A stretch of 64,000 nucleotides of DNA from Thermoanaerobaculia bacterium (GTDB lineage: Bacteria > Acidobacteriota > Thermoanaerobaculia > UBA5066). The translations under genes were made by a program, and so were the position numbers. Of the stretch, positions 1 through 9,257 are shown one piece after another; the stretch's first letter is position 1; each line of letters opens with the position of its first letter. The notes under the pieces were generated by a model. It was given only the letters and a program-made list of their open reading frames with translations. It was not told the DNA's origin and did not search any database. The stretch lies in the NCBI GenBank assembly GCA_963816185.1, contig CAWFJJ010000029.1, positions 320,001 to 384,000 on the forward strand, given 5' to 3'.

Positions 1-1
1 G

Positions 2-688
2 AACACCACCGGGAGCTACAACACTTTCGTCGGAAACTTCGCGGGGCCTGATGCTGGACACCCCGCCCTCACATATTCCGGCGCCATCGGCGCCGGGGCC
101 GTGGTGGCGCAGAGCAACTCGATCGTCCTCGGGGGCGTCGCTGGATCAGTCCAACAAGTGAACGTCGGCATCGGCACTTCGTCGCCGAACACGACGCTTC
201 AGGTCGTGGGCGACGTCAGGGTCGGAACCAGCGGCACGAACGGCTGCCTGAAGAACTTCGCCGGCACCGGAATCGCCGGCGTCTGCTCGTCCGATGCGCG
301 ACTCAAGACGAACGTACGGCCCTTCGAGCCGATGCTCGACCGCGTCGCGAGGCTGCGGCCGGTACGGTTCAACTGGAAGACCGAGCAGTTTCCCGAGTAT
401 CACTTTGGCGTGGGGCTGAATTCCGGGCTGATCGGGCAGGAGGTCGAGCAAGTCTTCCCCGAGATGGTGACTGCCGACGAGCGCGGCTACAAGATGGTGG
501 ATTACAGCGTGCTGCCATACCTGACACTGGCGGCCGTGCGGGAGCAGCAGGCGCAGATCGAGGCGCAGAGGGCAGAGATAGACGGTCTCAAAGCCAAGCT
601 CCTGGAGAGTGAAGGCGCGATGGCGGCGGTGAGGGAGCTGGGGGCGCGACTTGCACGGGCCGAGGCTCGGTTAGCCGAGACCCGATAA
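2..688 (+). CDS. 3' part of a fibre/adhesin-like protein with C-terminal Peptidase_S74 intramolecular chaperone (starts before window)
   Basis: Frame open from base 2 (NTTGSYNTFVG repeat-like motif, VGIGTSSP); SSDARLKTNV...LRPVRFNWK...GLIGQEVEQVFPEMV...VDY followed by a coiled coil is the S74 signature. Confidence 0.85.
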   Translation, partial: NTTGSYNTFVGNFAGPDAGHPALTYSGAIGAGAVVAQSNSIVLGGVAGSVQQVNVGIGTSSPNTTLQVVGDVRVGTSGTNGCLKNFAGTGIAGVCSSDARLKTNVRPFEPMLDRVARLRPVRFNWKTEQFPEYHFGVGLNSGLIGQEVEQVFPEMVTADERGYKMVDYSVLPYLTLAAVREQQAQIEAQRAEIDGLKAKLLESEGAMAAVRELGARLARAEARLAETR

Positions 689-827
689 ACGCGCGGGCCG
701 CCGGTTCTAAACCGAAAGGACACACCAATTTTCGCGAAGGATCAAGCGACGGGGCTCATCAAGCGACGTTGCACGTAGCGCCTGGCCAGCCTATATTGCT
801 GCAACGCGAGTTTCCGTCTTCGGCGTC

Positions 828-1430
828 GTGCTCCTGCTCACGATCCACCCTGTTGGCGCGCAGAATCTCCTGCCCGATCCCTCGTTCGCGAGCGGCGTCA
901 GCGGTTGGACGGCCAGCGGCGCGAGCCAGGCGATGTTCCAATGGGTCGATCTGGCCGGGTCCGACGGAGTCGCCGGCTTCGCCCGACTTCAGGTGTTGGG
1001 CCCCGGTACCGTTGTCGCATCTGTCTGCGTGCCCGTGGTCGGGGGGAAAACGTACAGCTGGGGCGCTTCGTTCTTTCCGAGGTCGGCCAGCGGGCAGGTC
1101 ATTCTGGACTTCTATTCAAATGACTCCTGCCTGGGGCTGACGCTCGTGGGGGAGACGTCCGGCCCCTCGACGATCACGTTGGGTGACTGGCAGTTCGAGC
1201 CGGGACCCGACGTCATGGTGCCCGCGTCGGCGGGGAGTGTTATGTACCGAGTTATGGGAACGGCCCCGGGCAACGCGATCGGGGTGGTCGACGTCGACAA
1301 CGTTTATTTCGGCCTCCAGGGGACGCGGCCCCCCGGAGTGCAGGGCGTGCCCGCGCTCTCGTGGCCGGCGGTTTTCCTCCTCGCGGCAGCGCTGGCGACC
1401 GTAGGCCTGCGTGTAATGCCGCACGCCTGA
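828..1430 (+). CDS. Exported beta-sandwich (CBM-like) protein with IPTL-CTERM sorting signal; true start probably further upstream
   Basis: Signal-like VVLLLTIHPVGA|QNLLPDPSF...W; C-terminus VPALSWPAVFLLAAALATVGLRVM matches IPTL-CTERM; frame stays open upstream of 828. Confidence 0.7.
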   Translation: MLLLTIHPVGAQNLLPDPSFASGVSGWTASGASQAMFQWVDLAGSDGVAGFARLQVLGPGTVVASVCVPVVGGKTYSWGASFFPRSASGQVILDFYSNDSCLGLTLVGETSGPSTITLGDWQFEPGPDVMVPASAGSVMYRVMGTAPGNAIGVVDVDNVYFGLQGTRPPGVQGVPALSWPAVFLLAAALATVGLRVMPHA

Positions 1431-1692
1431 CGCGCGACATCCAGAACGTCCGCTTTTTGTCCGTGTACCCCTGCCGAAAGGACGCGAAGGAAGGCCCGGC
1501 GCACGTTCTTCCGGTGCTGCGCCTAGGCCGCAGCGTCCTCGAGGATCGAGGAGAACGTGCTACGTCAAGCGAAAATGAACAGGGGGCCGCTTATGCGTCT
1601 GGCCCCATGGGCAGGCGAATTTCGCTGATGGCCTGGAAGTCCTACCTTCGGAACTTGACGACATTAGCCAAACCGCCGGCTCGTGGCATAAA

Positions 1693-1965
1693 ATGAGAGC
1701 CTTGGAAATCGAGGACGGCGCGAAGCCCGAAGACTGCGCACACCCAAATGCCACCTTGAGCGACGAGTGTGCAGCACTCCGAAAGAGGGTCGAGGAACTC
1801 GAGGAGAAGCTCGCCAGGGCGGAATCTATCGTCCGCCGCCTGCCGTTTCTTTACCGAGGAGACGGAGACGAACCAATCTGCACGAATTGCTGGAAGGTGG
1901 ACCAGCGAGTCGTCGAGATGAGTTTCCTCTGTAGCGTATGCGGCACCCTCGAAAAGGACCGGTGA
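1693..1965 (+). CDS. Small coiled-coil plus zinc-ribbon hypothetical protein
   Basis: AALRKRVEELEEKLAR coiled coil followed by CTNC...CSVC. Confidence 0.55.
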   Translation: MRALEIEDGAKPEDCAHPNATLSDECAALRKRVEELEEKLARAESIVRRLPFLYRGDGDEPICTNCWKVDQRVVEMSFLCSVCGTLEKDR

Positions 1966-2156
1966 GCAGCTGAGCAGCATCGTGGTCTCTGCATACGGGG
2001 CCGAGCCCGTTCCTAATTCTTACGCCCGAAGTAGCGCTCCTAGAGGACCGACCTCTCATAGCGGCAGATAACGCTCCCCATCGCTGGGTGAGGTTGTCTG
2101 GTGGCCGGTAGGTTTCTGTGCGAGGTCGTTCGGGCCTAGACTGTAGGCGTTTCATC

Positions 2157-2549
2157 GTGAGCGGAACGACGGGTCTACCGGAACGTTTCGAGATCGGCGA
2201 AGGCCATGCACTCTTTCGCCCGGAGCGGAACGTCTCGTTCCACGAAGCGGGCGAGGTGTTGAGCCAGGCGATCGTTTATTGCCGCGAGAACGGGATCCGG
2301 AGGCTCCTCATCGACACGACGAAGCTGACCGGGTTCGGGCCGATCGGGACCGCCGAGCGGTTCGCGATCGGCGAAACGCTTGCGCGCGCCGCGATGGCCG
2401 CCGTCAAGATCGCCATGGTGGTGAGACCGGAGCTGCTCGACCCGGCGCTGTTCGGAATCACGGTTGCGAGAAACCGGGGTCTTTTCGCGAATGGCTTCAC
2501 GTCCGAGTCCGAGGCATTGAAATGGCTCCTCGACCCGAACGCCGAGTGA
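2157..2549 (+). CDS. SpoIIAA-like (STAS/SEC14) single-domain protein
   Basis: RLLID...KIAMV...VARNRG...F.SESEALKWL pattern; stop overlaps the next start (GTGA). Start at 2118 or 2157. Confidence 0.7.
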   Translation: MSGTTGLPERFEIGEGHALFRPERNVSFHEAGEVLSQAIVYCRENGIRRLLIDTTKLTGFGPIGTAERFAIGETLARAAMAAVKIAMVVRPELLDPALFGITVARNRGLFANGFTSESEALKWLLDPNAE

Positions 2550-4033
2550 AGGCGCGCGCTTCTCGAAAGAGCGTAACGGCGCGTAAGCGCGCCGCGGCGG
2601 ACCGGCGGCGCCTCGAGCGCGCGCAGGTGGAGAAGAGCGAGTTTCTCGATCGCCTTCTCGAGCACGCGCCGATCCCCATTTACGCGGTCGATGCCGAGGG
2701 TCGCATTCTGATGGTGAACAAGGCCTGGGCTGAGATGACGTCGGTCGCGCAAGAGGACGCGCGGGGCCGCCTGCACCGCGATCTCTTTCCGCCGACGGTC
2801 AAGCGAGTGTCCGAAGACGTCACCTCCCGGGTCTTCGGGGGCGAATCCATCGTGAGCGAGGATGTCTTCGAGACGCCGGACGGAAAGCGGTATTTCCTGA
2901 CTGCGAGGTTTCCGCTCCGCGGAGTCTCGCGCCGCGTGGAGGCCATGGGCGGAATCGGGTTCGAGACGACCGAGCGGAGGCGCATGGCGGACGAGCTCGT
3001 CGCGTCCGAGGAACGCTACCGGTTCCTCTTCGAGCGCAATCCGCTTCCCATGTGGGTCTACGACCGCGAGACGCTCCACTTTTTGGCCGTGAACGAGGCG
3101 GCGGTGCGTCATTACGGCTACTCCCGCGAGGAGTTCCGGTCCATGACCGTGGTCGACATCCGGCCCGAAGAGGAACAGCCGCGGCTCAGGGAGGAGGTCC
3201 GAGACATCGAGGGCTACCGGTTCAGCGGGCGCTGGAAGCTCAGGAAGAAGGACGGGTCGATCGTGAACGTCGAGATCCTGTCGCATGACATCCCGTTCGC
3301 GGAGCGGCCGGCGCGCGTCGTCCTCGCGAACGACGTGACGGAGCGCCTCGCAGCCGAAGAAGGACTGCGGCGCTCGTACGACGAGCTGCGGGCCCTGTCG
3401 GCGCGGCTCGAGTCCGTGCGCGAGGAGGAGTCGACGCGCATCGCGCGCGAGGTCCACGACGAAGTCGGGCAGGCTCTGACCGCGCTCAAGATGGATGTCG
3501 CCGAGGTCGAGCGTGGCCTCGCGGCGCGGGGCGGCGCGCCCAAGGCGGTGACGGGAACCCTTGCCGCGATGGGCCGCATGCTCGACGACACGATGGACGT
3601 CGTCCACCGCATCTCCACGGAGCTGCGCCCGGGCGTCCTGGACGAGCTCGGCCTCGAGGAGGCGGTCGAGTGGCAGCTCGAGGAGTTCCGCAAGCGGACG
3701 GGGATCGTCTGTCGTTTCGAGACTGGGTTCGTCGGAGCGTCGATCGAGAGGGCCGTCTCGACGGCCGTCTTTCGCGTGCTCCAGGAGCTCCTGACGAACG
3801 TCGTGCGGCATGCGCGCGCGAGCACCGTCCACGTTCGCCTTTCCGCCGGAGACGGCCGCCTCGCCCTCGAGGTCAGGGACGACGGCTGCGGGATCCCCTC
3901 GGGCCACGTTTACGCGCCGCGGTCGTTCGGCCTGCTCGGCATCCGCGAGCGCGTGACGAACGTCGGGGGAACCGTCGCCATTCAGGGAGAGCCGGGACGG
4001 GGCACCGTCGTCAGCGTCTCGATTCCCCTATGA
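2546..4033 (+). CDS. Cytoplasmic PAS-PAS HisKA_3 sensor histidine kinase (NarX/UhpB type)
   Basis: Two PAS domains; IAREVHDEVGQALT H-box; QELLTNVVRHA, DDGCG, FGLLGIRER boxes. Confidence 0.92.
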   Translation: MKARASRKSVTARKRAAADRRRLERAQVEKSEFLDRLLEHAPIPIYAVDAEGRILMVNKAWAEMTSVAQEDARGRLHRDLFPPTVKRVSEDVTSRVFGGESIVSEDVFETPDGKRYFLTARFPLRGVSRRVEAMGGIGFETTERRRMADELVASEERYRFLFERNPLPMWVYDRETLHFLAVNEAAVRHYGYSREEFRSMTVVDIRPEEEQPRLREEVRDIEGYRFSGRWKLRKKDGSIVNVEILSHDIPFAERPARVVLANDVTERLAAEEGLRRSYDELRALSARLESVREEESTRIAREVHDEVGQALTALKMDVAEVERGLAARGGAPKAVTGTLAAMGRMLDDTMDVVHRISTELRPGVLDELGLEEAVEWQLEEFRKRTGIVCRFETGFVGASIERAVSTAVFRVLQELLTNVVRHARASTVHVRLSAGDGRLALEVRDDGCGIPSGHVYAPRSFGLLGIRERVTNVGGTVAIQGEPGRGTVVSVSIPL

Positions 4034-4662
4034 CGCACATCCTCCTGGCCGACGACCATGCGCTGTTCCGCCAGGGGCTCGAGCGGGTGCTGGCGGAGGG
4101 CTTCAAGGACGCGACGTTCGGCCATGCGGGAGACACCGTCGCGGCGCTCCGGCTCGTCCAGGAGGAGACCTGGGACATTGTCGTCCTCGACATTTCGTTC
4201 GCGGGCCGCAGCGGCCTCGATCTCCTGAAGGAGATCAAGCGCGTGCGTCCGAAGCTGCCGGTTCTGATCCTGAGCATGCATCCGGAGAAGCAGTTCGCCG
4301 TGCGCGCGCTCAAGGCGGGCGCGGCCGGCTACGTGACGAAAAAGGTGGTTTCCGAGGAGCTCCTGAGCGCCGTGAGGCGGGTCGTCGGCGGCGGCCGATG
4401 GGTGACGCAGGAGGTCGCTGAGCGGCTCGCGGCCGAGGTCTCTCTTCCCGCGGAGAAGCTGCCGCACGAGCTCCTCTCGGACCGGGAGTTCCACGTGTTC
4501 CGGCTCCTGGCGGGGGGAGCGACGGTGAAGGCGATCGCGGCGGAGCTCGCCATCAGCGTCCAGACCGTCAGCACGTATCGCGCGCGCATCATGGAGAAGA
4601 TGCATCTCGAAACGAACGCCGACCTCACGCAATACGCGCTCGGCTACGGCCTGATCGGCTGA
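4030..4662 (+). CDS. NarL/UvrY-family response regulator (REC-LuxR HTH)
   Basis: ILLADDH...VLDIS...LSMHPE...; LSDREFHVF...IAAELAISVQTVSTYRARIMEK; ATGA overlap with the kinase. Confidence 0.93.
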   Translation: MTHILLADDHALFRQGLERVLAEGFKDATFGHAGDTVAALRLVQEETWDIVVLDISFAGRSGLDLLKEIKRVRPKLPVLILSMHPEKQFAVRALKAGAAGYVTKKVVSEELLSAVRRVVGGGRWVTQEVAERLAAEVSLPAEKLPHELLSDREFHVFRLLAGGATVKAIAAELAISVQTVSTYRARIMEKMHLETNADLTQYALGYGLIG

Positions 4663-4673
4663 CGGCCGCTCGG

Positions 4674-4692
4674 CGTCGTACTCCGTACGACG
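4674..4692. promoter_or_regulatory. Palindromic operator GTCGTAC-N3-GTACGAC (copy 1)
   Basis: CGTCGTAC-TCC-GTACGACG inverted repeat about 100 nt upstream of REC gene 4791; same palindrome at 23940-23958. Confidence 0.6.
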
Positions 4693-4790
4693 TCAATTCC
4701 GGTCAAAGCACGGCACGAAATCCGTTGGCCCGCTGATTCCGGCGATGGCCGGCCCTCCCTACTCTTCGCCCGGCCAAGGAGAGTGGGAGC

Positions 4791-5198
4791 ATGAAGATCT
4801 TGATTGTGGACGACTCGGAACCCGTGGGCGCGCCCCTCGTCGCGCTGCTCCGCCGGGTGGAGGGTCTCGAATTCCTGCCACAGGTGTTCAACGCGACGGA
4901 TGCGTTGGGGGCTTTCCGGGAGCATCGTCCCGGAGTCGTGCTTCTCGACCTGGAGCTCAGGGGCGGCACGTCCCTCGAGCTGGTCCGGGAGATCAAGACG
5001 AAGGCGCCTGCCACGCGCGTGTTCGTCCTGACCGCTCATCTGGACGAGCGCTATCGGAAGCCGTGCCTAGACGCCGGCGCCGAGTTCTACCTGAGCAAGG
5101 CTACGGATCTTCCGCGTCTCGCCGGCATCCTGGCCGACGCGGCCTGGGAGCGCGAGGCCGGAGCCGCGAAATTGCGCGCGTTCCACGCCCCACCGTGA
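4791..5198 (+). CDS. Single-domain response regulator (paralog of 24017..24394)
   Basis: ILIVDD, LLD, LT and SK receiver residues; GGGAG RBS. Confidence 0.88.
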   Translation: MKILIVDDSEPVGAPLVALLRRVEGLEFLPQVFNATDALGAFREHRPGVVLLDLELRGGTSLELVREIKTKAPATRVFVLTAHLDERYRKPCLDAGAEFYLSKATDLPRLAGILADAAWEREAGAAKLRAFHAPP

Positions 5199-5320
5199 TG
5201 GACCCGGGTTTTCAGACGGGAGCCGATTTCTATTTCGAGAAGCCTGTTTCCCTCGACCGGCTGAGAAGCACTCTGGCCGACATTCGCGAGGTCGCCAGCG
5301 GACCGCTTCCGGCCGAGTAG
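5198..5320 (+). pseudogene. C-terminal remnant of a receiver domain (40 aa)
   Basis: MDPGFQTGADFYFEKPVSLDRLRSTL matches the alpha4-beta5-KP-alpha5 end of REC domains; TGATG overlap with the upstream gene. Confidence 0.45.
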
Positions 5321-5330
5321 ACTGAACGAG

Positions 5331-7214
5331 ATGAAGCGAATCGCTCAGACGAGGCGGACCAACGAACCTCGTCGAGAGAGCGAACGCAAGATGCTGGCCC
5401 TTCTCGACGTTCTGCGCCGCGAGAAGGAGCGTCTGAACAGGGCGTCGATCGCCGGGCGGGTCGCGCTGTGGGAGTGGGACCTCGGAACCGGGACCGTGGA
5501 GTGGACCAGCGTCGTGGACACGATGCTCGGCTATCCGCCTGGGGGCCTTCCGCGAACCGTTCAGGGATGGGGATCGTGCATCCACCGCGAGGACCTGCCC
5601 GCCGTGATCGACGCTCTCGACCGCCACCTGAGGCACAAGGCGCCGTACGAGGCCGTCTACCGGATCCAGCGCGCCGACGGCGGATACGTCTGGTGGCACG
5701 ACGTGGGATACGCCGAGCGCGACGGCGAGGGAAAACCGTTCCGGATGGCGGGAACCTGCGTGGACATCACGGAAACGAAGCGCACGGAAGAGGCCATCCG
5801 CATTCGGGACACCGCGCTCGCATCCTCGAACAGCGCGATTCTCATGACCAATTCGGCGGGCATCGTGACCTACACCAACCGGGCCTTCCTGGAGCTCTGG
5901 GGCTTCGGAGGGGAGGCGGAGGTTCTGAATCGGGACGTGAAGGAGTTCTGGGATCCCGAGGAGAAGATCGCCGAGCTCATCAAGACCCTCCTGGATCAGG
6001 GCGGATGGACGGGCGAGCTCCGGGGCCGCCGAAAGGACGGCACGCGCTTCGACGTCGAGGCCGTGGGGAGCCTGGCGATCGACGACGCCGGCCGAACGAT
6101 CGGCATGATGGGATCGTTCGTCGACATCACTCCTCGCAGGCGCGCGGAGTCGAAGATCCGGCGCCTGGCCGCGGCCGTGGAGCAGGTGGCCCAGTCGGTG
6201 ATCATCACCGATACGAAGGGGATCATCCAGTACGTCAACGCCGCCTTCACCGCGACGACCGGCTACGCCCGGGAGGAGGTCTTCGACAGGACGCCGGCCA
6301 TCCTCAAGAGCTCTCTCCACGACCCTGCCCATTACGAGCGCCTCTGGAAGACCATCCTCGCCGGGCAGACGTGGAAAGGCCGGTTCACGAACCGGAGGAA
6401 AGACGGGAGCCGGTACGAGGTCGAGGCCACGATCACGCCGGTTCGGGACAGCCTCGGAACCATCACGAGCTTCGTGGGTCTCGAGCAGGACGTGACCGAG
6501 CAGCTCGCCGTGCGCCGGAGGCTCCAGGAGCAGGAGAAGCTCGCGGCCATCGGGGGCATCGCGGCGGGCATCGCGCACGAGGTCAAGAATCCCCTCTTCG
6601 CCATCTCGAGCGGCATCCAGCTCCTTCAGGAGGAGCTCGCGCTCGACGACGAGCAGCGCAAGACCTTCGAGATCATCTATGGGGACGTCATGCGCATGGA
6701 CCGGCTCGTCCGCCAGCTCCAGCTCCTGAGCGCGCGCCCGCGCCTCAACAGAACCGTTCAGAGAGTGGCGGATCTGATCGAGGCGGCCATCACGCTCAAC
6801 CGAGGTCTCGCGGCCGAGAAATCTCTCACGATGTCGGAATGCATCGCGCCGAACCTGCCCGACCTCGTGGTGGACCGCGACCAGCTTCTTCAGGTCCTCT
6901 TCAACCTCGTCCAGAACGCGATCTTCGTCTCGCCGCGCAGCGCCCGAATCGAGGCGGCCGCCGACGCGGGGCCGGACCGCGCGAGCGTGATCATCAAGGT
7001 CCGGGACGAGGGTCCGGGGATTCCGGGCGACCTCACGGAGAGAATCTTCGAGCCATTCTTCACCACGAAGAAATCCAGCGCGGGCATGGGGCTCGCCATC
7101 TCCCGGCGGATCGCGCTCGACCACGGCGGGTCGCTGACGGCGGAGAATCACCCGCAGGGCGGCGCGGTGTTCGCCCTCCAGCTGCCGGTGGAGCCGGTGG
7201 AGGAGCCGGTGTGA
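5331..7214 (+). CDS. Triple-PAS HisKA/HATPase sensor kinase (NtrB/AtoS type)
   Basis: Three PAS/PAC domains; IAHEVKNPL, NLVQNA, DEGPG, FFTTK, GMGL. Confidence 0.93.
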   Translation: MKRIAQTRRTNEPRRESERKMLALLDVLRREKERLNRASIAGRVALWEWDLGTGTVEWTSVVDTMLGYPPGGLPRTVQGWGSCIHREDLPAVIDALDRHLRHKAPYEAVYRIQRADGGYVWWHDVGYAERDGEGKPFRMAGTCVDITETKRTEEAIRIRDTALASSNSAILMTNSAGIVTYTNRAFLELWGFGGEAEVLNRDVKEFWDPEEKIAELIKTLLDQGGWTGELRGRRKDGTRFDVEAVGSLAIDDAGRTIGMMGSFVDITPRRRAESKIRRLAAAVEQVAQSVIITDTKGIIQYVNAAFTATTGYAREEVFDRTPAILKSSLHDPAHYERLWKTILAGQTWKGRFTNRRKDGSRYEVEATITPVRDSLGTITSFVGLEQDVTEQLAVRRRLQEQEKLAAIGGIAAGIAHEVKNPLFAISSGIQLLQEELALDDEQRKTFEIIYGDVMRMDRLVRQLQLLSARPRLNRTVQRVADLIEAAITLNRGLAAEKSLTMSECIAPNLPDLVVDRDQLLQVLFNLVQNAIFVSPRSARIEAAADAGPDRASVIIKVRDEGPGIPGDLTERIFEPFFTTKKSSAGMGLAISRRIALDHGGSLTAENHPQGGAVFALQLPVEPVEEPV

Positions 7215-8563
7215 GCGGAAAGCTCCTGATCGTGGACGACGAGGAGTCGATCCGCGCGAACCTGAAGCGTTACTTCAGCCGCAAGTCGATGGAGGTGCTC
7301 ACCGCGTCGACGGGCGGCGAGGCGGTCGCGATCTGCGGCTCGTCCATGGTCGACGTCGTGCTCCTCGACCTCCGGCTTCCGGACCTGGACGGACTGGCGG
7401 TGCTCGGTCAGATCAAAGCGATCTCTCCGCAGACGGGCGTCATTCTCATCACAGCCCACGGAGACGTGGACACGGCCGTCAAGGCCATGCAGATGAGGGC
7501 GGACAACTTTCTTCTGAAGCCCGTCGACCTGAAGGCCGTCGAGGTGCTCGTGTTGAAGCTCCTCGAGACGTCCCGGGCCCGGACGGAGATCCTCTACCTG
7601 AAGGCGAAGGTCTCGCGGCTGTCGGGCTTCACGGGACCTTTGAAACCGCGCTTTCCCGCCCGGTTGTCCGAGACGATTCACGCCCTGGCGTCGAGCCCGA
7701 CGACGAGCGTTCTGATCCAGGGCGAAACGGGAACGGGCAAGGGAGTCGCGGCGCGTCTGATCCACGAGCTGAGCGAGCGCGCGACGAACGCCTTCGTGGA
7801 CATCAACTGCGCGACGCTGACGCCCGAGTTCCTCGAGTCGGAGCTCTTCGGCCACGAGAAGGGGGCATTCACGGACGCGAAGGAATTCAAGCGGGGCATG
7901 CTCGAGCTGGCGCACGGAGGCAGCCTCTTCCTGGACGAGATCGGAGAGCTCGCACCCTCCGTGCAGGCCAAGCTCCTCCACGTGCTTGAGGAGAAGAGAT
8001 TCCGGAGGCTCGGCGCGACGGCCAGCATCCAGGTGGACGCGCGCCTGATCGCTGCCACGAACGCCGACCTGGAGCGCGGCGTGAAGGCCGGCACCTTCCG
8101 GAAGGACCTCTTCTATCGCCTGAACGTGATGCCGATCGTCCTCCCACCGCTCCGGCAGAGGCGTGAGGACATCCTGCCTCTCGCCCAGGACTTTCTCGAG
8201 GAGTTCGTCTCCGCCCATACCCGCAAGAGAATCCGGGGCCTCACAGCGGAGGCCGAGAACGCGCTTCAAGCGTACGGCTGGCCGGGAAACATCCGGGAGC
8301 TCCGGAACGTGATGGAGCGCGCCGCGCTCTTGTGCGAGGGAGACGCCATCGGCGTCGAGCATCTCCCGGACAGCCTGACTCGAAAGCCGAAGGCCGCGGG
8401 ATTCGACGGCACGGAGAACCTCTCCATGGAGTTCGTCGAGAGCGAGCACATCCGGAAAGTCCTGAAGCTCTGCGAAGGCAGCCGCTCGCAGGCGGCGAGG
8501 CTTCTCGGGATCCATCGCTCGACCCTTCTGCAGAAGATCGCCAAGTACGGGATCGACGGCTGA
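7211..8563 (+). CDS. Sigma54-dependent NtrC/AtoC-family response regulator (REC-AAA+-Fis HTH)
   Basis: GETGTGK, ESELFGHEKGAFTDA, LFLDEIGE, FRKDLFYRLNV, WPGNIRELRN, AARLLGIHRSTL; GTGA overlap with the kinase. Confidence 0.95.
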   Translation: MSGKLLIVDDEESIRANLKRYFSRKSMEVLTASTGGEAVAICGSSMVDVVLLDLRLPDLDGLAVLGQIKAISPQTGVILITAHGDVDTAVKAMQMRADNFLLKPVDLKAVEVLVLKLLETSRARTEILYLKAKVSRLSGFTGPLKPRFPARLSETIHALASSPTTSVLIQGETGTGKGVAARLIHELSERATNAFVDINCATLTPEFLESELFGHEKGAFTDAKEFKRGMLELAHGGSLFLDEIGELAPSVQAKLLHVLEEKRFRRLGATASIQVDARLIAATNADLERGVKAGTFRKDLFYRLNVMPIVLPPLRQRREDILPLAQDFLEEFVSAHTRKRIRGLTAEAENALQAYGWPGNIRELRNVMERAALLCEGDAIGVEHLPDSLTRKPKAAGFDGTENLSMEFVESEHIRKVLKLCEGSRSQAARLLGIHRSTLLQKIAKYGIDG

Positions 8564-8641
8564 CGTGGCAAGTTCCCGCCGGGAGCCGTGTTAGGCTTTG
8601 CCGTCGCTCTGAACCGTCAGTCGCCGGCCGTCGTACAGATC

Positions 8642-9025
8642 ATGCCCGCCGAAAGGAATACGAAGATGTATTCGGCCTGATGTCGAATTCGGCAAACCCA
8701 TCGATGACTACTCCGAAGTAAGCGGGTGGAGTTTTGGAAGTCTTCCACCCCCCTTGCCGGCGGCGCCCCTCGAACTGCCCATCGCCACGACTGGCATTTC
8801 ACAAAGGATCGGGATTCGCTGAGTGACGCGCTCATGCGGCACTGCGCGAGTGGGACCGAATTCGGCACCGTATGGCTCGAGGTTTATAAGGACGACAACG
8901 ACTACCCCAGTCTTGCCTATACGATGAGCCAGGTACAAGTAAGCGCAATACACACGAACGGCGACGGCAGTGAGTCCGTCGCCTTGGATTTCAAGACCAT
9001 GCAAGGCAGCTACGCCGGCCGATGA
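8642..9025 (+). pseudogene. hcp: Orphan Hcp (T6SS tube)-like gene, apparently broken by two frameshifts
   Basis: 8726-9025 gives FTKDRDSLSDALMRHCASG...AYTMSQVQVS...ESVALDF (Hcp core); another frame upstream gives EVSGWSFG and a third gives MPAERNTKMY. Confidence 0.6.
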
Positions 9026-9109
9026 AGCGAGCACAGGCGCATGTAGTCGGTCTGTAAGAGCTAGCCACTCCCTGGTCGGGCTGACGCGCTTAGGCTCATC
9101 GCTTTCTCC

Positions 9110-9144
9110 CTGTCTGATTCTCCGGCAGGCGGAATTTCCGACAG
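9110..9144 (+). promoter_or_regulatory. Putative enhancer (UAS) for a sigma54 activator, copy 1
   Basis: CTGTCTGATTCTCCGGCAGGCGGAATTTCCGACAG; 30/35 identical to 11984-12018. Confidence 0.7.
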
Positions 9145-9203
9145 TCCCATCCGGCCTTCGCGCTCGGTTCTTCGGCCCTCCTTCGAGCCGCTCGAAACGC
9201 CGT

Positions 9204-9216
9204 CAATCCGTTGAAT
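9204..9216 (-). promoter_or_regulatory. IHF-like site
   Basis: Minus strand ATTCAACGGATTG, one mismatch to WATCAANNNNTTR, between the UAS and the -24/-12 box. Confidence 0.55.
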
Positions 9217-9257
9217 CCACGGGCCCTGCCGCTCCGGCGGGCGTGGCGTTCTCTCAC

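Noticed and set aside
7860-7880. GAFTDA instead of GAFTGA in the sigma54 activator
   Set aside because: A common variant that retains the Phe-Thr contact residues; not evidence of inactivity.
8566-8580. TGGCAAG... as a sigma54 promoter for hcp; similar boxes near 783, 4711 and 37373
   Set aside because: GG-GC spacing is wrong or the -12 GC is missing.
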